Source: Chiloscyllium plagiosum (Eukaryota). Taken from it: 64,000 nt of DNA. The stretch covers positions 70,167,382 to 70,231,381 of the forward strand of contig NC_057718.1 in assembly GCF_004010195.1 (NCBI RefSeq), given 5' to 3'. The notes beneath the pieces were generated by a model that was given only the letters and a program-made list of their open reading frames with translations, was not told the origin of the DNA and did not search any database. Made by a program: the position numbers and the translations under genes. This document shows, piece by piece, positions 23,935 to 37,694 of the stretch (position 1 is the stretch's first letter; each line of letters begins with the position of its first letter).

Positions 23935-25340
23935 ACCAAAAGACATAGGAGCAGAAGTAGGTCATTCAGCCCATTTGGTCTGTTCTATCATTCAATGAGA
24001 CCATGACTGATAACACTCAATTCCACTTTCCTGCTATTATCCCTTAACCCTTGATCCCCTGACTGATTAAAAATCTGTTATCTCAGCCTTGAATATAAAG
24101 ACCAACTTCAACAGACCTCTGTAGTAAGGAATTCCACAGATTGACAACACTGAGAGAAGAAATTCCTTCTTACATGTGACCCCTTATTCTTAGATTATGG
24201 TCTCTGGTTGAACACTATCCCACAAGGGGAAACAAGCTACTCCACATCTACCCTTTCAAGTCCCCTAAGAATCTTACATATTTCAATAAGGTCAATTCTC
24301 ATTCTTCTAAATTTCAATGAATATAAGCCCAAACTAATCAATTCTCTCATAAGACAGTCCACTTGGTATCAGCCTAATGAGCCTTCTCTTAAATACCCCA
24401 AGGCTTGTACATCTTTCCTTAGATAAGGGGCTACAGTCTGACTAGTTCCTTGTATAGCTTTAGCAAAGCCTCCCTATTTTATATTCCATTCCCTTTGAAA
24501 TAAAAGCTAACATTTTTGTTGATATATGTATTTAAGAGGGATTTTTCTGTCCTGCTGCTCTCAAAGAGAGGTGTGGTAAACCTGGTCTACTCCCTGGAAA
24601 GCAAAGTAAATAGCTTTGGGTTTTTAAAAAATAAGACAAAAGAAGCATAAGTGGGTGGAGTCAGGTTCACACAGAGTCAGAGTTCTGGTTTTTGCTTTCA
24701 GTTGTTGAAATTATAGCTTTTGGAATTGAAGCTGGTAGATATAGCTCTCTCTATCTTTGCTGCTGCAAAAAGCTTGAGCTCTCTCTCTGCTACCGGATTC
24801 ATTCTGTTGTTGTTCCTTCTCCTGGACTGAAGGAGATAGCAAGTGAGGGAAATCTGTTTCGCTGAATTTGCCTCTGCCAAGGGTTGGTTTATGGGATGCT
24901 GTTATATTGGAACAATTGATAAGTAGTAGTTAAACAATATATTATTTTGTTAAGTATTTTGATAGATTTACAGTTATGCCAATTCTTCTTTCTGTGTTTT
25001 TAGTTTAAATGTGGTGTAAGAGTAAAGTGCGCTTGCTTCAAGCCTTTTAGTTTGACCATTCAAACCATACCTGGAATGAAGCATCTTATATTCGCCTTTA
25101 AATAAGGTAAAAATTAAGGTCCAGGCTATTTCCTTCATATGGTTTGAGGGGGTTTGGTCTGGGCCTAATACATTCTAGTTTCCTCCCCTATTACCTACTA
25201 AACCTGGATACTAGATTTTTGTGATACATGCACAAGGACTCCTAAATTCCTCTATACTGGAGTTTCCGTAGTCTTTCTGCATTTAACTAATATTCAGTTT
25301 TTCCTAATTCCTGTCGGAAACTGCACAACCACATCATTAG
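23935..25340 (-). mobile_element. Decayed CR1 3' fragment containing a probable solo LTR (about 24517-25172, TG...CA)
   Basis: CR1-like sequence is interrupted at AACATT and resumes after ~655 bp bounded by TGTTG...ATACA. Confidence 0.55.
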
Positions 25341-27059
25341 TAGCAGGCTGCCAATATTTAACATTGTGCAATTTTCAGTGAACATCACCACTGCTAATCT
25401 GTATTGGAGACAAGATCATCGATGAAGCAGCTAAAGATACTTGGGCCTAGGACATAACCATGAGGAACTCCTGTAGTGATATCCTTGGACTGACATTGTA
25501 AGCAATGGCTCACAAATGCAGAAGACAAATAATTACAATTTCATTGCAAGGGTAGATAATTATATGAATTCAGCAATGATTCCAGGTAAAAGAAGTTTGT
25601 ACCAATTGTTCATTCTAGCCTGCATGAACACACAGCCACTCTCATGTTCTGCACATGGCAATTGGTGTTGGCATGCTGATTATGGCATTGACTTTCAGTT
25701 CTAGAAGCACAGGCCTTGGAGTCCCACACAGCCAGGAAAAAATTTAGAAGAATGCTAGTGGGCACGAGATTTGATCATCTGTCTGACTTCCTAAGGGGCT
25801 GTGAGTAACCAACTGCACTGTCTTTGCAATCTGGGCTCTTCCAGATCGATCACATTCATGAATGGCGAGGATTTACACCCCATTGATGGGCTGCAATTAT
25901 AGAATAATGAAAATGTATTCATTTTGGTGAAGTCAAGATTTTGGGAATTGCTCTGTAGCTCTGCACAGGTACAGTCTATTCTTTTGTTGCTTTTGGATCT
26001 ACTAAGCAGACTTAAGATATAGTTACTGAGACACTAGGATTATACACTTCAAACTTGTCTGACGATACCCATTAGAAATTCAACCAATGCAGCCCAACAA
26101 CTCTCCAATGAATACCATCTAGCCAAAAGATTTACTCTTCCCTTCCCTACTGTTCCTCCATAATACAACTCCTGTAGCTTTAGTAGAAGCAATCATCCTC
26201 ACTCATTCCATTGGAATACTCATGTTTAACATTCTGAGCTTTAGAATCTGTGTAATACATATAAGGATTGCTCTGCTTGCATTTACCATGTCTGACTTGA
26301 CCGTAGAGGTGGGAGGCAACTCTTGGAATACTGACTATCCTGTGGTTGTGTGGATGATGGGTGTTTGACAGGATTGGGGATTGAGGGCACTGGATAGGAA
26401 TTGGCAGTTCCTCAGCTGTCTGCCCACTTCCATAACTCCTTTCACCAGCATTCCAGCCACAAATCACAGTTGTCTATTGGCCAGAGTGCATTTTGATGCA
26501 GGTCTGTTCTAAGGCCAATTTGAGGATATCTGTCTTCATATTTATGGCAGAAGCCATTTCTATGTCTAAAGTTTGTTTTGGTTTGCAGATGTCAATGCCT
26601 GTGTACACACTTGTTTGTTGTTCCACTGAGTTGGCTGCTCCATCTTGCACCCGAGATATTAATCCATTTCTGCAAGAAGTAAGCTCTCCATCTTTCTGAA
26701 AATTATGTTTGTGTCATTATGTCACATAGTCTCACTTGCTACTCAATTAATACATCAGCGATTGCAATATTTATATCCAGTTAAGCAGAACTTGGAGAGG
26801 TCTCTGACACAGACTCTTCATTGTTGTCCCTGCCACTATATGCTGCTATGGTCTCTTTTGCATGAAAGTCACCTGGTGAAAACCAAGCTATCAATTTATT
26901 AGCTCTGCTGAAGGGCAAGTTTTAGAATAGTGTATGGTGATCATGGTTCAATGACAATGCACCCTCAGCAGGAATAAGCTCCTTTGAGGAATTATCATTC
27001 ATCACATCACCAAATACTGCTCTGACAAAAATAAAAGGTGTAAGTTATGAAGGGTTCGG

Positions 27060-27256
27060 AAATGTCGATGTTGGACTGTGGTGTACAAAGTTAAAAATCG
27101 CACAATACCAGGTTATAGTCCAACAGGTTTATTGGAAGCTCTAGCTTTCAGAGCTCTGCTCCTTCACAACCACCTGATGAAGGAGCAGAGCCCTAAAAGC
27201 TAGTGCTTCCATATAAACTTGTTGGACTATAACCTGGTGTTGTGTGATTTTTAACT
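27060..27256. mobile_element. Second palindromic hammerhead mini-element (same family as 17901)
   Basis: Inverted arms AGTTAAAAATCGCACAATACCAGGTTATAGTCCAAC / GTTGGACTATAACCTGGTGTTGTGTGATTTTTAACT; CTGATGAAGGAGC core. Confidence 0.8.
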
Positions 27257-28615
27257 GAAGTATAAATAACTAGCTTAAAATGCTGTAATGTATTAATCAG
27301 AATTATACCAGCTCTTTATACATTGGCTAGAAGTCAAGAGGGCTGGTAAAATGGCAGCACAAAGCTTTAGGAAGGAAACCTCATGTATCCCACTGCCAGA
27401 GGACATTACAAGAGCATATAAAACCAGGAGGAGAGTGGAACATTCTAGATTATTTTCATTCCTCTTAGCATATAGCAGCAGTTCATCAGCTCTCTGAAGC
27501 AGCAGTCAGTTAAGCCAAATTTACTGACCTATTGATAGATATTTTATCACCCATCCAACATGTGACTGGCATTGGAACACCTCCCTCTGCACGCAACGGG
27601 CCACAAGCAGCATTGAGGTGACCTTCCAGTGGCATTGTTGTGTTGCATTACCGTTCATTACTATAATTGCTAGGATAAATTTCTCTGGCCTCAGCATACC
27701 TGCCCTTCTTCGATGGTACTACAATAGGGAGCTTGCTGCTTTAGCATTGATTTCTGTGGATCTCTGATAGTGAATTGTGTCACCACATAGCCCGGAGATC
27801 CCTGATTCACTATCTCTGATTAACAGGGATGTCAAAACACCACTGATTTCTAGTGCCTCTTCCTATGGTCATGCCCTGCTTCATACTCCATGCTCACTCC
27901 TCCTGAAATGATGAAGAGAAATGATTTAAGACAACAACAACATGTGTTTAACTGATGAGAGCGCATTTGATGAGAGTGACTATCAGGGAGAGGCATGAAA
28001 TTGCTCAAAGATGCGTGTGTTTGGCAATTCATGAATGCATGAAAGAAAGTGCAAAGAAAGGTAAATGAATGTGGAGAATGACGGAATGGAGAAGCTTAGC
28101 AAGTTGCACCCACCCTTCCTGACCTGGTTAGGTCACTAAAGCTATTTGCATATGGAGATAATGAGTGTGGTACTGCATTCATGCTACTGATCACCTGGGT
28201 CTCGGCCAACCAAGACTCCTTTGTGTCAACAGCATAGTTTTTTTTTCCCATTCTTGTGCAAGTGTATTTTCCTCACATTTCCTATAATTCAGAATCAAGG
28301 AAGTCATTCAGTGCATCATGCATGCGCCAGTTCTCTGAAGGAGCAATTCATCTTATGCCACTCGTATGTCATAAAACCATGGAATCCCTATAGTGTGGAA
28401 GCTGGCGATGTGACTCATCAAGTAATATGAAGCCTCTGAAGAGCAATCAAACCAGGCCCAACCCCCCTCTACTATATCACTGTAACATTGCATTTCTCAC
28501 GGCTAATCCACCTAGTCTGCACATTCCTAAACACCATGGACAATTTATAAATGGACAATCCACCTAATCTGTATGCCTTGAGATCCAACATCTTTTGAGC
28601 AACAGTCCTTCTAAG

Positions 28616-30336
28616 ATTTTGGGAGTTCTCTGTCACAGGCGAGGTGAGCTTTTCTGGGTGTTTGGTTTAATTAACAGAAGGGTTCACCGCTGTGTCGTAA
28701 CAGTTTGGGGACTTGTCTAGGACTTGGACAGGTTTGGACAAATCCAGTCTGAGAAAAATAGATAAGACCTATAAGAACCTCGGGGAGATTATTCTGCTGG
28801 AGGAGTTTAAAAACTCACTTCCAGAGATGGTAAGAATTCATGTGGATGAACAGAAGTTCAAGAAGTGAGAAGAGTGGAAGAGATGGCAGATGAATATATA
28901 TTGGTGCATAAGGCAAAATTTAACTTCCGGCAAGTATTTTCATCCTTGAGAGATAGAAATTGGGAAAAGGGGAGATTCTACACAACAAAACAAAGAGAAG
29001 AGCACACTGGTAATAATTAACTACAAGTGAAAAAAAGATACCCAGGAGGGTGAAAAGCTTCAAGTGTTTCAAATTAGATTAGATTTCACTTCGGGCCAAC
29101 AAGTCCACACCGACCCACCGAAGAGCAACCCACCCAGACCCACTCCCCTACATTTATCCTGGCACCTAACACTATGGGCAATTTAGCATAGCCAATTCAC
29201 CTAACCTGCACAATAGTGTTTATGTGATGAACAATATGTTGGAAACAGTTGTGTACACTAACCACAATCCTCTTACATTCTTGGAAAGATTTAAAGACAA
29301 AAATATGGGATTAATTTGTTGGAGTCTTATGTCACAGACTTTTTGTTTACAAGTTGTACATGTTGTGGGTCATAAAAATGTGATAGCAGATGTGTTATCA
29401 AGGACTTAACAGGAAAAGTATAGATAAGATTGGGCAGATTTCAATGTTTTGTGCAAAAAATAATATGAAAGTATAATGTAGTTAAATGACCTATGTATTT
29501 CATTGTAATGGGATTAAGAATTAGGAAATATAAGAACCGATCTTTTCATAATGATGGTTCATTTTTTTCTTAATGGGAGGCAGCTGTTATGAAGTTGAAA
29601 CCATGTATCTTTAAGAAAGAGTAAATGTTATTCTGAACTGAGAACTGATGTGTGACATGACAGATGGCAGTCCAGAGTGTACTGGAAAATTGAAAGTACG
29701 TAACATTTGGCTATGAAAAGAATGTATGAGTTGGTTGCTATTTGACATCAATTCAAATTTAATTCAAATCAATTTAAATTATGCCGCTGGATAGTAAAAT
29801 TCAATCAAGTTTGAATTTATTGTTTTGCCAACATCAATCCAATGAGACCATCCTATATTGGGGATATAAAAATGCGAATTTTTAAAATTGTAGAGGGAGC
29901 AACTGTCATTGAGAGAGACCCAAGAAATTAGGAAACACTCTCTATCAAAGGTACCTTGTCATAAGAAACATACTTGCAGTAAAAATAAAGAAGATGACCC
30001 AGGGAATTCAGCAGTTGGAAGAAGAAAGACACCTAAGACGACAGCCGCTGTATGGTTTTGAAATTAAGTTGATGTAATTTTAATAGGTGTTGTACTGGAA
30101 CAACATATCATTATAGAGTTGGAGGCAGGTATAAAGCAATTAAGAGAAAGGGGGACTTAGAGTTGTGAATAGTTTTTATTTAATTTTAGTGTTAAATAAT
30201 AAATTGATATTATTTTCTTTAAATAGTGGAATTTGGGAATTCTCTGTCACTCATATTTTAACAGATTACGAGATGAGGTCAGTTTTTCTGGGTGTTTGGT
30301 CTAGTTAACAGAAGGTTTCACCGCCATGTCATAACA
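28616..30336 (+). mobile_element. Deleted Gmr1-like Gypsy LTR retrotransposon (5' LTR end, PBS, gag fragment, RNase H end, 3' LTR 29585-30336)
   Basis: LTR TGTTATGA...TCATAACA; decayed tRNA-Pro-like PBS TGGGGACTTGTCTAGGA after 28702; LREIILLEEFKNSLP gag-like; VYTNHNPLTFL..NVIADVLSRT-stop shortly before the LTR; partial HE1 at 29073-29211. Confidence 0.8.
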
Positions 30337-30499
30337 CATGGTCTAAAAATTATGGCCAGACCCTTTATTGAGAGACATTGGGAAGAATGTTTACACATGA
30401 AGGGTAGTAGAGGTTTGGAACTCTCTCCCACAAACAGCAGTGAATGCAGAATCAGTTGTTCATTTTAAATCTGAGATAGAAAAATTTTGGTCAAAGACA

Positions 30500-31560
30500 G
30501 GAATATAGAATTAAGCTTTGATTTGTCACATGTACCTAAGTATAGTAAACGTTTTGCTTATGAGCAGTACAGGCAGATCATAGTAAACAAGGACCTACAG
30601 ATCATAGGGTGAAAAGAAAACTACAACTGAATAAATTAAGTCCATCGATGGAAAGTTGGCTTCTGTGAGGGTCTGGGCTGTGCGCACACCCTTCTGCAGT
30701 TCTTTGTAGTCCTGGGCAGATCAGTTGCTTTACCAGGCTGTTATGCACCTGGACAGTATGCTTTCAATGGTGCATCTGTAAAAGTTGGTGAGGAGCCTTG
30801 TGGACATACCAAATTTCCTAAACTGCCTGAGGAAAGAAACAGCATTGGGCCTTCTCGATCATTATAACTATGGTTGAAGTTCAGGACAAGTTGTCATACC
30901 TAGGAACTTGGTGCTCTCCACTCTCTCAACCTCTGCTCTGTTGATGTAGATGAGGGTATGTTCTCCTACCTTCTTTCTGAAGTCAATTCTACCTTCAGTT
31001 CTTTAGTTTTGCCGACATTGAGAGAGAGGTTGTTCTTATTGCACCATGACACCAAGCCCTCTATCTCCTTTCTGCATTCTGCCTTGTCATTGTTTCATAT
31101 CCATTCTACAAACGGTGATCTCATCAGCAAACTTGCAGATGGCAGTCGTTCAGAATTTGACAACACAGTTGTGGGTGTACAGGGATCACAGTAGGGGTCT
31201 AGGTACACATCCTTGAGATGCTCCAGTGTTGAGTGTCATCGTGGAGGAGGTGCAGTTGTCTATATTCACTGATTGCGGTCTGTGAGTCAGAAAGCTGAGG
31301 AACCAGTTGCAGTGGGCAGAGCTGAGACCCAGGTCTTAGAGATTTGAGATCAGTCTGAAGGGGCAAATGGTATTGAAGGCAGAACTGTAGGTGATGAACA
31401 GGTGTCTGGCATAGATGTCCTTGTTTCCCAGATGTTCCAGGAATGAGAGCAGGGCTAAGGAAATGGCACCCACTGTGGACCTATTACCTCAATGGGCAAA
31501 TTGTAGAGGAACGAGACACTTTGGGAGACTAGAGTTGATGTGGGCCATGACTAGTCTCTG
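30500..31560 (-). mobile_element. Rex1/Babar-like LINE 3' part, decayed
   Basis: Minus strand reads NFYRCTIESILS.CITAW and KFADE-type RT motif; inserted within a CR1 tail (about 30360-30500 and 31565-31650). Confidence 0.7.
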
Positions 31561-31744
31561 AAAGACCAGATTAGCCATGATCTTCTCATTGAATGTCAGA
31601 ACAGGCTTGAGGGGCTGAATGACCTACTCTTGTGTCTAGCTTCCTATGATCGTAAGAAACTATCTTTTGTTATGTTATGTAATCAATGTTATGTAGATAA
31701 TCGCAGCAGCCATTTTGCTACTATCAAGAACCCACAAGTTTTTT

Positions 31745-32098
31745 TTAGAATTAGAATTAAAATTAGAATCCCTACAGTGTGGAACCAGACCGTCCAGCCC
31801 AACAGGTCCACACCGACCCTCGGAAGAGTACCCCACCTAAACCCATTGCCCATTACTCTACATATACCCCTGATTGAGGCATCTAACTTACACATCCCTG
31901 AACATTATGGGAAATTTAGCATGGCCAGTTCACCTAACCTACACATGTTTGGATTGTGGGAGGAATCCGGAGCACTTGGAGGAAACCCACGCAGCCACGG
32001 GAGAATGTGCAAACTCCACACAGACAGTCGCCCAATGCTGGTATCAAACTCAGGTCCCTGGTGCTGTGAGGCAGCAGTGCCAACTCCTCAGTTACCAC
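31745..32098 (-). mobile_element. HE1-type SINE
   Basis: Full head, V-domain and (TTCTAA)n tail on the minus strand. Confidence 0.88.
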
Positions 32099-33148
32099 AC
32101 TTTTATTTGAAGGAATGTTCACCCGGATTCTGGATGTGCCTCAGCAGAAAAAGCAGATCTTAATGTTTCATTCAAAAAATAGCACTACTGATAATATAAC
32201 ACTTTCTCAGTACGGTATTGGAGTATTAGCCCAGATTCTTGTGCTTAGATCCCTTGAATGAGACTTGATCATACAACCCTCTGACTGAGAGATGTTGTAC
32301 ATATGCTCACAAAGCAGGTATTTGTAACCAGAGGAGTTTATTGAACTACATCCAAGATATACATAGTAGGAAGAAATACCTGCATGATATCTGACAATAA
32401 GATTTTTCACACACTGCCTATTACATGACCAATGTCACTGCTGGTGATGTCATCAACTATCCTATTGATAACCACTTCCATTGTACTATACCTCCCACCG
32501 AGTATTCGTTCTGTCCATGAATCTTTATATTCTTTTATAATTAACTTGTGCTCAGTATATTTCCTTCTATTCATTAATTTGTGTTCCTCTCCTCTCCACA
32601 AAGTGTCTTGTGGCAAAGCTTCAATTGCCAATAGTGGTCTTGCTGCTTCTGAGGAATAGGTACTGTCTGTGTGTTTTTCTGTTAGGAGAGAAGATGACTG
32701 TTGTCTGTTCCTTTTCTTTGGGGAACTGTTTTATAGCCGAACATCATACATTGCTTGTACTGGTGAGGTGAACAATTTATCATTATTCCCTGGGTTTTGT
32801 TGGGTTAATCTGACTGGACTTTTTCCAGTCTGGCTTGAGTAAGAAATGGCCACAGTGATAATTACCAGGAAAATAGTGCTTCAGGTCCACTCACAGTGCC
32901 CCGATGGTGCATCATGTGTCATTTCCTCATAGGAGTTGATCTGTGAAGCACTTCTGTGGGACTCTTCAACCTTGTTGGGCTGCTTCAGTCACATTCTTCA
33001 GTGTGATGGTCTTTGTTATGTCTGCTGGCCATCTGCTTGAGAAATAGTTGTCTTATGCCACAAAGACAAATGATTTCCCTGCAGAAAAATTTAAAAAGAG
33101 TTAATCACAGAAAAGCTCTCTCTTCAAACAGACAATGTCAAATGTAAC

Positions 33149-33353
33149 TCCTTCTTTACTCAGCGAGTCGTGAGTTCATGGAATGCCCTGCCAGTAGCAG
33201 TGGTGGACTCTCCCTCATTATGGGCATTTAAGCGGGCATTGGATAGACATATGGAGGATAATGGGCTAGTGTAGGTTAGGTGGGTTTGGATCGGCGCAAC
33301 ATCGAGGGCCGAAGGGCCTGTACTGCGCTGTATTCTTCTATGTTCTATGTTCT
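33149..33353 (+). mobile_element. Young CR1 3' end, same family as 39841-42520
   Basis: 7-bp TSD ATGTAAC at 33142 and 33354; (TGTTCTA)n tail; near-identical to reverse complement of 39841-40040. Confidence 0.88.
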
Positions 33354-33962
33354 ATGTAACAAAGAACAGGGGAAGCTACTTCTGATAAGAAGGCAAGCTG
33401 TAGACTTGATAGTTTCAGAGAAGTACTTCAACATATTGGATGAATAAAATCTAAAGAATCATCAATAAATGTTAAGGATAGAAAATTGTCTAAGGATTTA
33501 ACTCCAGAACGCGTCAGCAGCAAAACTAAGAAGAACAACACTGTACAAGGATCAAAGCCAAAGACAGACATTGTTGTGTGGAATCATAGTTAAATCATTA
33601 ATTGAGTAACAGCCAAGTTGTATTGTGAGGCTTAACTTACTTACTTGAGGGATCTTATTTGGTTTCTACATATAATTAAGTTTAAATCATTGTTTCAGTA
33701 TTTAATTGTTTGAAATATTCCTTAATAAGTAACCAAATTAAAGGTAGCTTGTGGTAATTCACACACAACAATCTTAACATCCCAAGGGAGAGTAGAGTCT
33801 GCACTTGTCTGTGGCTCAGTCTCCTGAACAGTGCCTTTGATGCCTCTGACCTGCAATGTATTATAGAAAGAATCTTCATAGTTTCACTTTGCCAGCAGCA
33901 GAAATTCTCCCATGCCTTTTGTTACACGCTTGTTTGGTTCTTTCTGAGTTCATAGCAGAGTA

Positions 33963-34650
33963 TAGAATCCCCATAGTGTGGAATAAAGCCATTTGGCCCA
34001 TCAAGTCTGCACAGACCCTCTGAAGAACATCCTGCCCAAACCCAATCCCCTATCCTATCCCTGTAACCCTGCATTTGCCATGGCTACTCCACCTAACCTG
34101 CATATCCCTGGACAATATGGACAATTTAGCATAGGAGAAAGTGAGGACTGCAGATGCTGCAGATCAGAGCTGAAAATGTGTTGCTGGAAAAGTACAGCAG
34201 GTCAGGCAACATCCAAGGAGCAGGAGAATTGACGTTTCAGGCATGAGCCCTTCTTCAGGAATGAGGAAAGTGTGCCCAGCAGGCTAAGATAAAAGGTAGG
34301 GAGGAGGGACTTGGGGGAGGGGCGTTGGAAATTCAATAGGTGGAAGGAGGTTAAGGTGAGAATGATAGGCCAGAATTGGGGTGGGGGCGGAGACGTCAGG
34401 AAGAAAATTGCAGGTTAGGAAAGTGGTGCTGAGTTCGAGAGTTGGGACTGAGACAAGGTGGGGGGAGGGGAAATGAGGAAATTGGAGAAACTGGAGAAAA
34501 GAATTTAGCATAGCCAATCCACCTTGCTTGCATACCTTTGGACTGTAAGACTGGAGCACCTGACAGAAACCCAAGCAGACACGGGGAGAATGTGCAAACT
34601 CCACAGAGATAGTCACCCAAGGTTGGAAACAAGCATGGGTCCCTGTCACT
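33963..34650 (-). mobile_element. HE1-type SINE interrupted by a Penelope-like 3' fragment (34135-34501)
   Basis: 12-bp TSD AATTTAGCATAG at 34123 and 34502; insert has CTGAAGA..GAAACGTC core on the minus strand. Confidence 0.85.
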
Positions 34651-35931
34651 GTTAGGCATAGTCTTCCAGGTGTACAACATTTTTCTAGCCCTGTAAACAA
34701 TAAGTGACCAAACCCCTCTCTATAGCTCCCCACCTGTGTTTCCATGATTTTCCTGACTAGTTGCACTGGGCACACAGGCTGACCATGACTGTCTCCCCAA
34801 ACTGAAAAGGTATTGTGACTATCCCAAGTGGCACACCTGACAATTTCCAAGACCCTGGATTGATATCGGATACTACCCTTGACATACCACGCTGGAACCT
34901 CCTCACTGATAGATATCTTCCGAGATTTGACTCGGACTACTCTCCTTGGACATTGTGATATGGCTGTTTGCTTGAAGCACATGCAATGAATTTGCCAATT
35001 TAACTGACAGCAAATGCTGCAGGGATGAGATTGATGTAGTAATTAGCTGTACAGTAACATGTTCAACCTTTGTCAATGTACTTGTGTGTGAAGCACATGT
35101 GACTAGTGCCCATGGAGCATGCTTTGACATTATAAACTTCAGAACTTTACAAGCTGTTCAGGGATTGAAAGAATCAATGAAGATAAAACATAGCTACCAT
35201 CAATCCTGAGGAAGGGTCAGTGGACCCGAAAGGTTAACTTTGATTTCTCTCCACAGATGCTGTCAGGCCTTGCGTTTTTCCAGCAATTTAATTTTTGTTT
35301 CTGATTTCCAACATCAACAGTTCTTTTGGCTTTTAACGAAGATAAACTGTTAAACTCAAAGGGATCAGTAATAACCCTCTGTCTGGAATAAACTTTAAGG
35401 GACAATGACACGTTTGCAGGAATCAAAAGCAATCATTCATGTCTAGAAAAAGAAAGTGAAGCTACATGAATAAACTGTTTTGGCTTCTACTTGAAAACTA
35501 GCTGCTGTATCGCCACAAGGACAACTGATTGCCCTACTGAAGAGTTAATCACAGAAAAATTGTGTTCAAATAGTCAAAACCAAATTTAACAAGGAACAAT
35601 TAAGCTACTTCTGATAAGAAGGCAAGCTGCACACTTGCAATAATTTGGATGTAAGAATCTAAAGCATCATCAATAATATCATGTCATAGACTTGAAGGAT
35701 GAAAACCAACACCAGAACAATTCAGCAGCAGAACTTTACAGAGCAACCCTGCACAAGGATCAACCCCTGAACACTTCTACAGACAGACATTGCGGGCTGG
35801 AATCATAGTTAAATTCCACCAGTAACTAGGTAATAGCCAGGTTAAGTTATGAGGCTTAACTTGTTTACTTGAGGGATGTTATTATGGTTGCTACATAAAG
35901 TTTAAATCATTATTTTAGTACTTGATTGTTT

Positions 35932-36241
35932 TAGATCAGATTCCCTACAATGTGGAAACAGGCTCTTCGGCCCAACAAGTCCACACCAACCCTCCGAAGA
36001 GCAAACCACCCAGACCCATTTTCCTTTGGGCTAATGCAGCTAACACTATGGGCAATTTAGCATGACCAATTTACCTGACACGCACATCTTTGGACTGCGG
36101 GAGGAAACCGGAGCATCCGGAGGAAACCCACGCAGACACGGGGAGAATGTCTCTGTGGAGTTTGCACATTCACCCAAGGTTGAAATTGAACCTTGGTGCT
36201 GTGAGGCAGCAGTGCTAACCACTGAGCCACTGTGCCGCCCA
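35932..36241 (-). mobile_element. HE1-type SINE
   Basis: GGGCGGCACAGTGGCTCAGTGGTTAGCACTGCTGCCTCACAGCACC head on the minus strand. Confidence 0.9.
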
Positions 36242-37694
36242 TTGTCTATGAGATTTCTTAATAAGTAGCCAAAGTAAAGGTTACTTTTGGTGATTTACCC
36301 ATGATAATGCATGGAGTTCAATATGGAGGTCGATCAAAGCAAACAACAAGCTGAATTCACTAGGGATGGTTTATGATTTCCAGATTGGATTTCTCGATGT
36401 CTAGAGTCAAAGAGTATAGTACTGAGGAAGGGCTTATACCCTGATGAAGGGCTTATGCCAGAATATTGATTCTCCTGCCCCTTGGATGCTGCCTAACCTG
36501 CTGTGTTTTTCCAGTACCACACTCTTCCACTCTGATCTATAGCATCTGCAGTCTTCACTTTCTCCTTTCTCAATATTTAGCTTGTTTGACATGTTTGACA
36601 CATTAGGAAGCCAAATATTAATGGGGCAAGTTTGGCTGTTAACATGATGTTTAGCAAGCAGTAGACCTCCTTAAATTGCAACACGCCACTGGCTAGCTCC
36701 AGGTAAGTGAAGAATATTCCTCCTCTCCTAACTTATAACTTGTAGACATTGGACAAACTTTGTAGAGTCAGGAGGTGTACTACTTACTGCTGTACTCCTA
36801 GCCTCTGACCTGTTGTTATAGCCATTGTATTTATTTAGCAAGTATTGAGTTCTTGGTCTGTGATAACCTCCAGGATGTTGGCAGTGGCTGATTCAGTAAT
36901 GGTAGCACCACTAGATATCAAGGGGCAGGGTTAGATTGTCTCTTATTGAGATGATCACTGCCTGGCATTTTGTGGCTCAAATGCTACTTGCCACTTGTCA
37001 GCCCAAATCTGAATATTGTCCAGATCTTGTTGCATTTGATCATGGACTGCTTCAGCATCTGAGGAACCATGATTGATGCTGAACGTTGTGCAATCATCAG
37101 CCAACATCCCACTTTAACCTTATGATGGAGGAAAGGTCATGATACTAGGAATAACGAACAAGGCTTGTAAATAAAAAGGCAGCCTCTTTACACAGGCAAA
37201 GAAGCTAAAGGGAGAATCTAATAGAGATTGAGAGAAATAAAACAGGATTTGAGAAGATAAGAAGTAAAAAACTGTTTTGATACAAAAATAAAGTACTGCA
37301 AATGCTGGTAATCTTAAATAATAAAGAAAATGCTGAAAATACCCAGCAAATCTTGACAGCCGTTGTGGAGCCAGGAAGAGAGTTCAAATATCAAGCCAAA
37401 TATCATTCTTTTTTGACAAAGCGCCATATTCAACTCAAATGGTCAACTCTATTTCTCTCTCTGTAGATACACCCAGACCTACTGATCATTGCTTTGTTTT
37501 TAATGAAAGTTGGTTTCATTGATTTAGGAATTAATATTCTGAAGATATTAGAAGGATAGGTGAGATTTGGAAAATATGTTTTTACAGTGTTGTTAGAACT
37601 GCAAATATTTCATGTGGCTATTAGCATTGAGTAAGCAACATAATATAAATTTCTCCTACTATATTACAATGGTCATGGTATTTCAATAGACAGT

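Noticed and set aside
31630..32163. 177-aa ORF
   Set aside because: Runs antisense through an HE1 SINE; chance frame.
34284..34982. 232-aa minus-strand ORF
   Set aside because: Crosses SINE and Penelope-fragment boundaries; no coherent protein motif.
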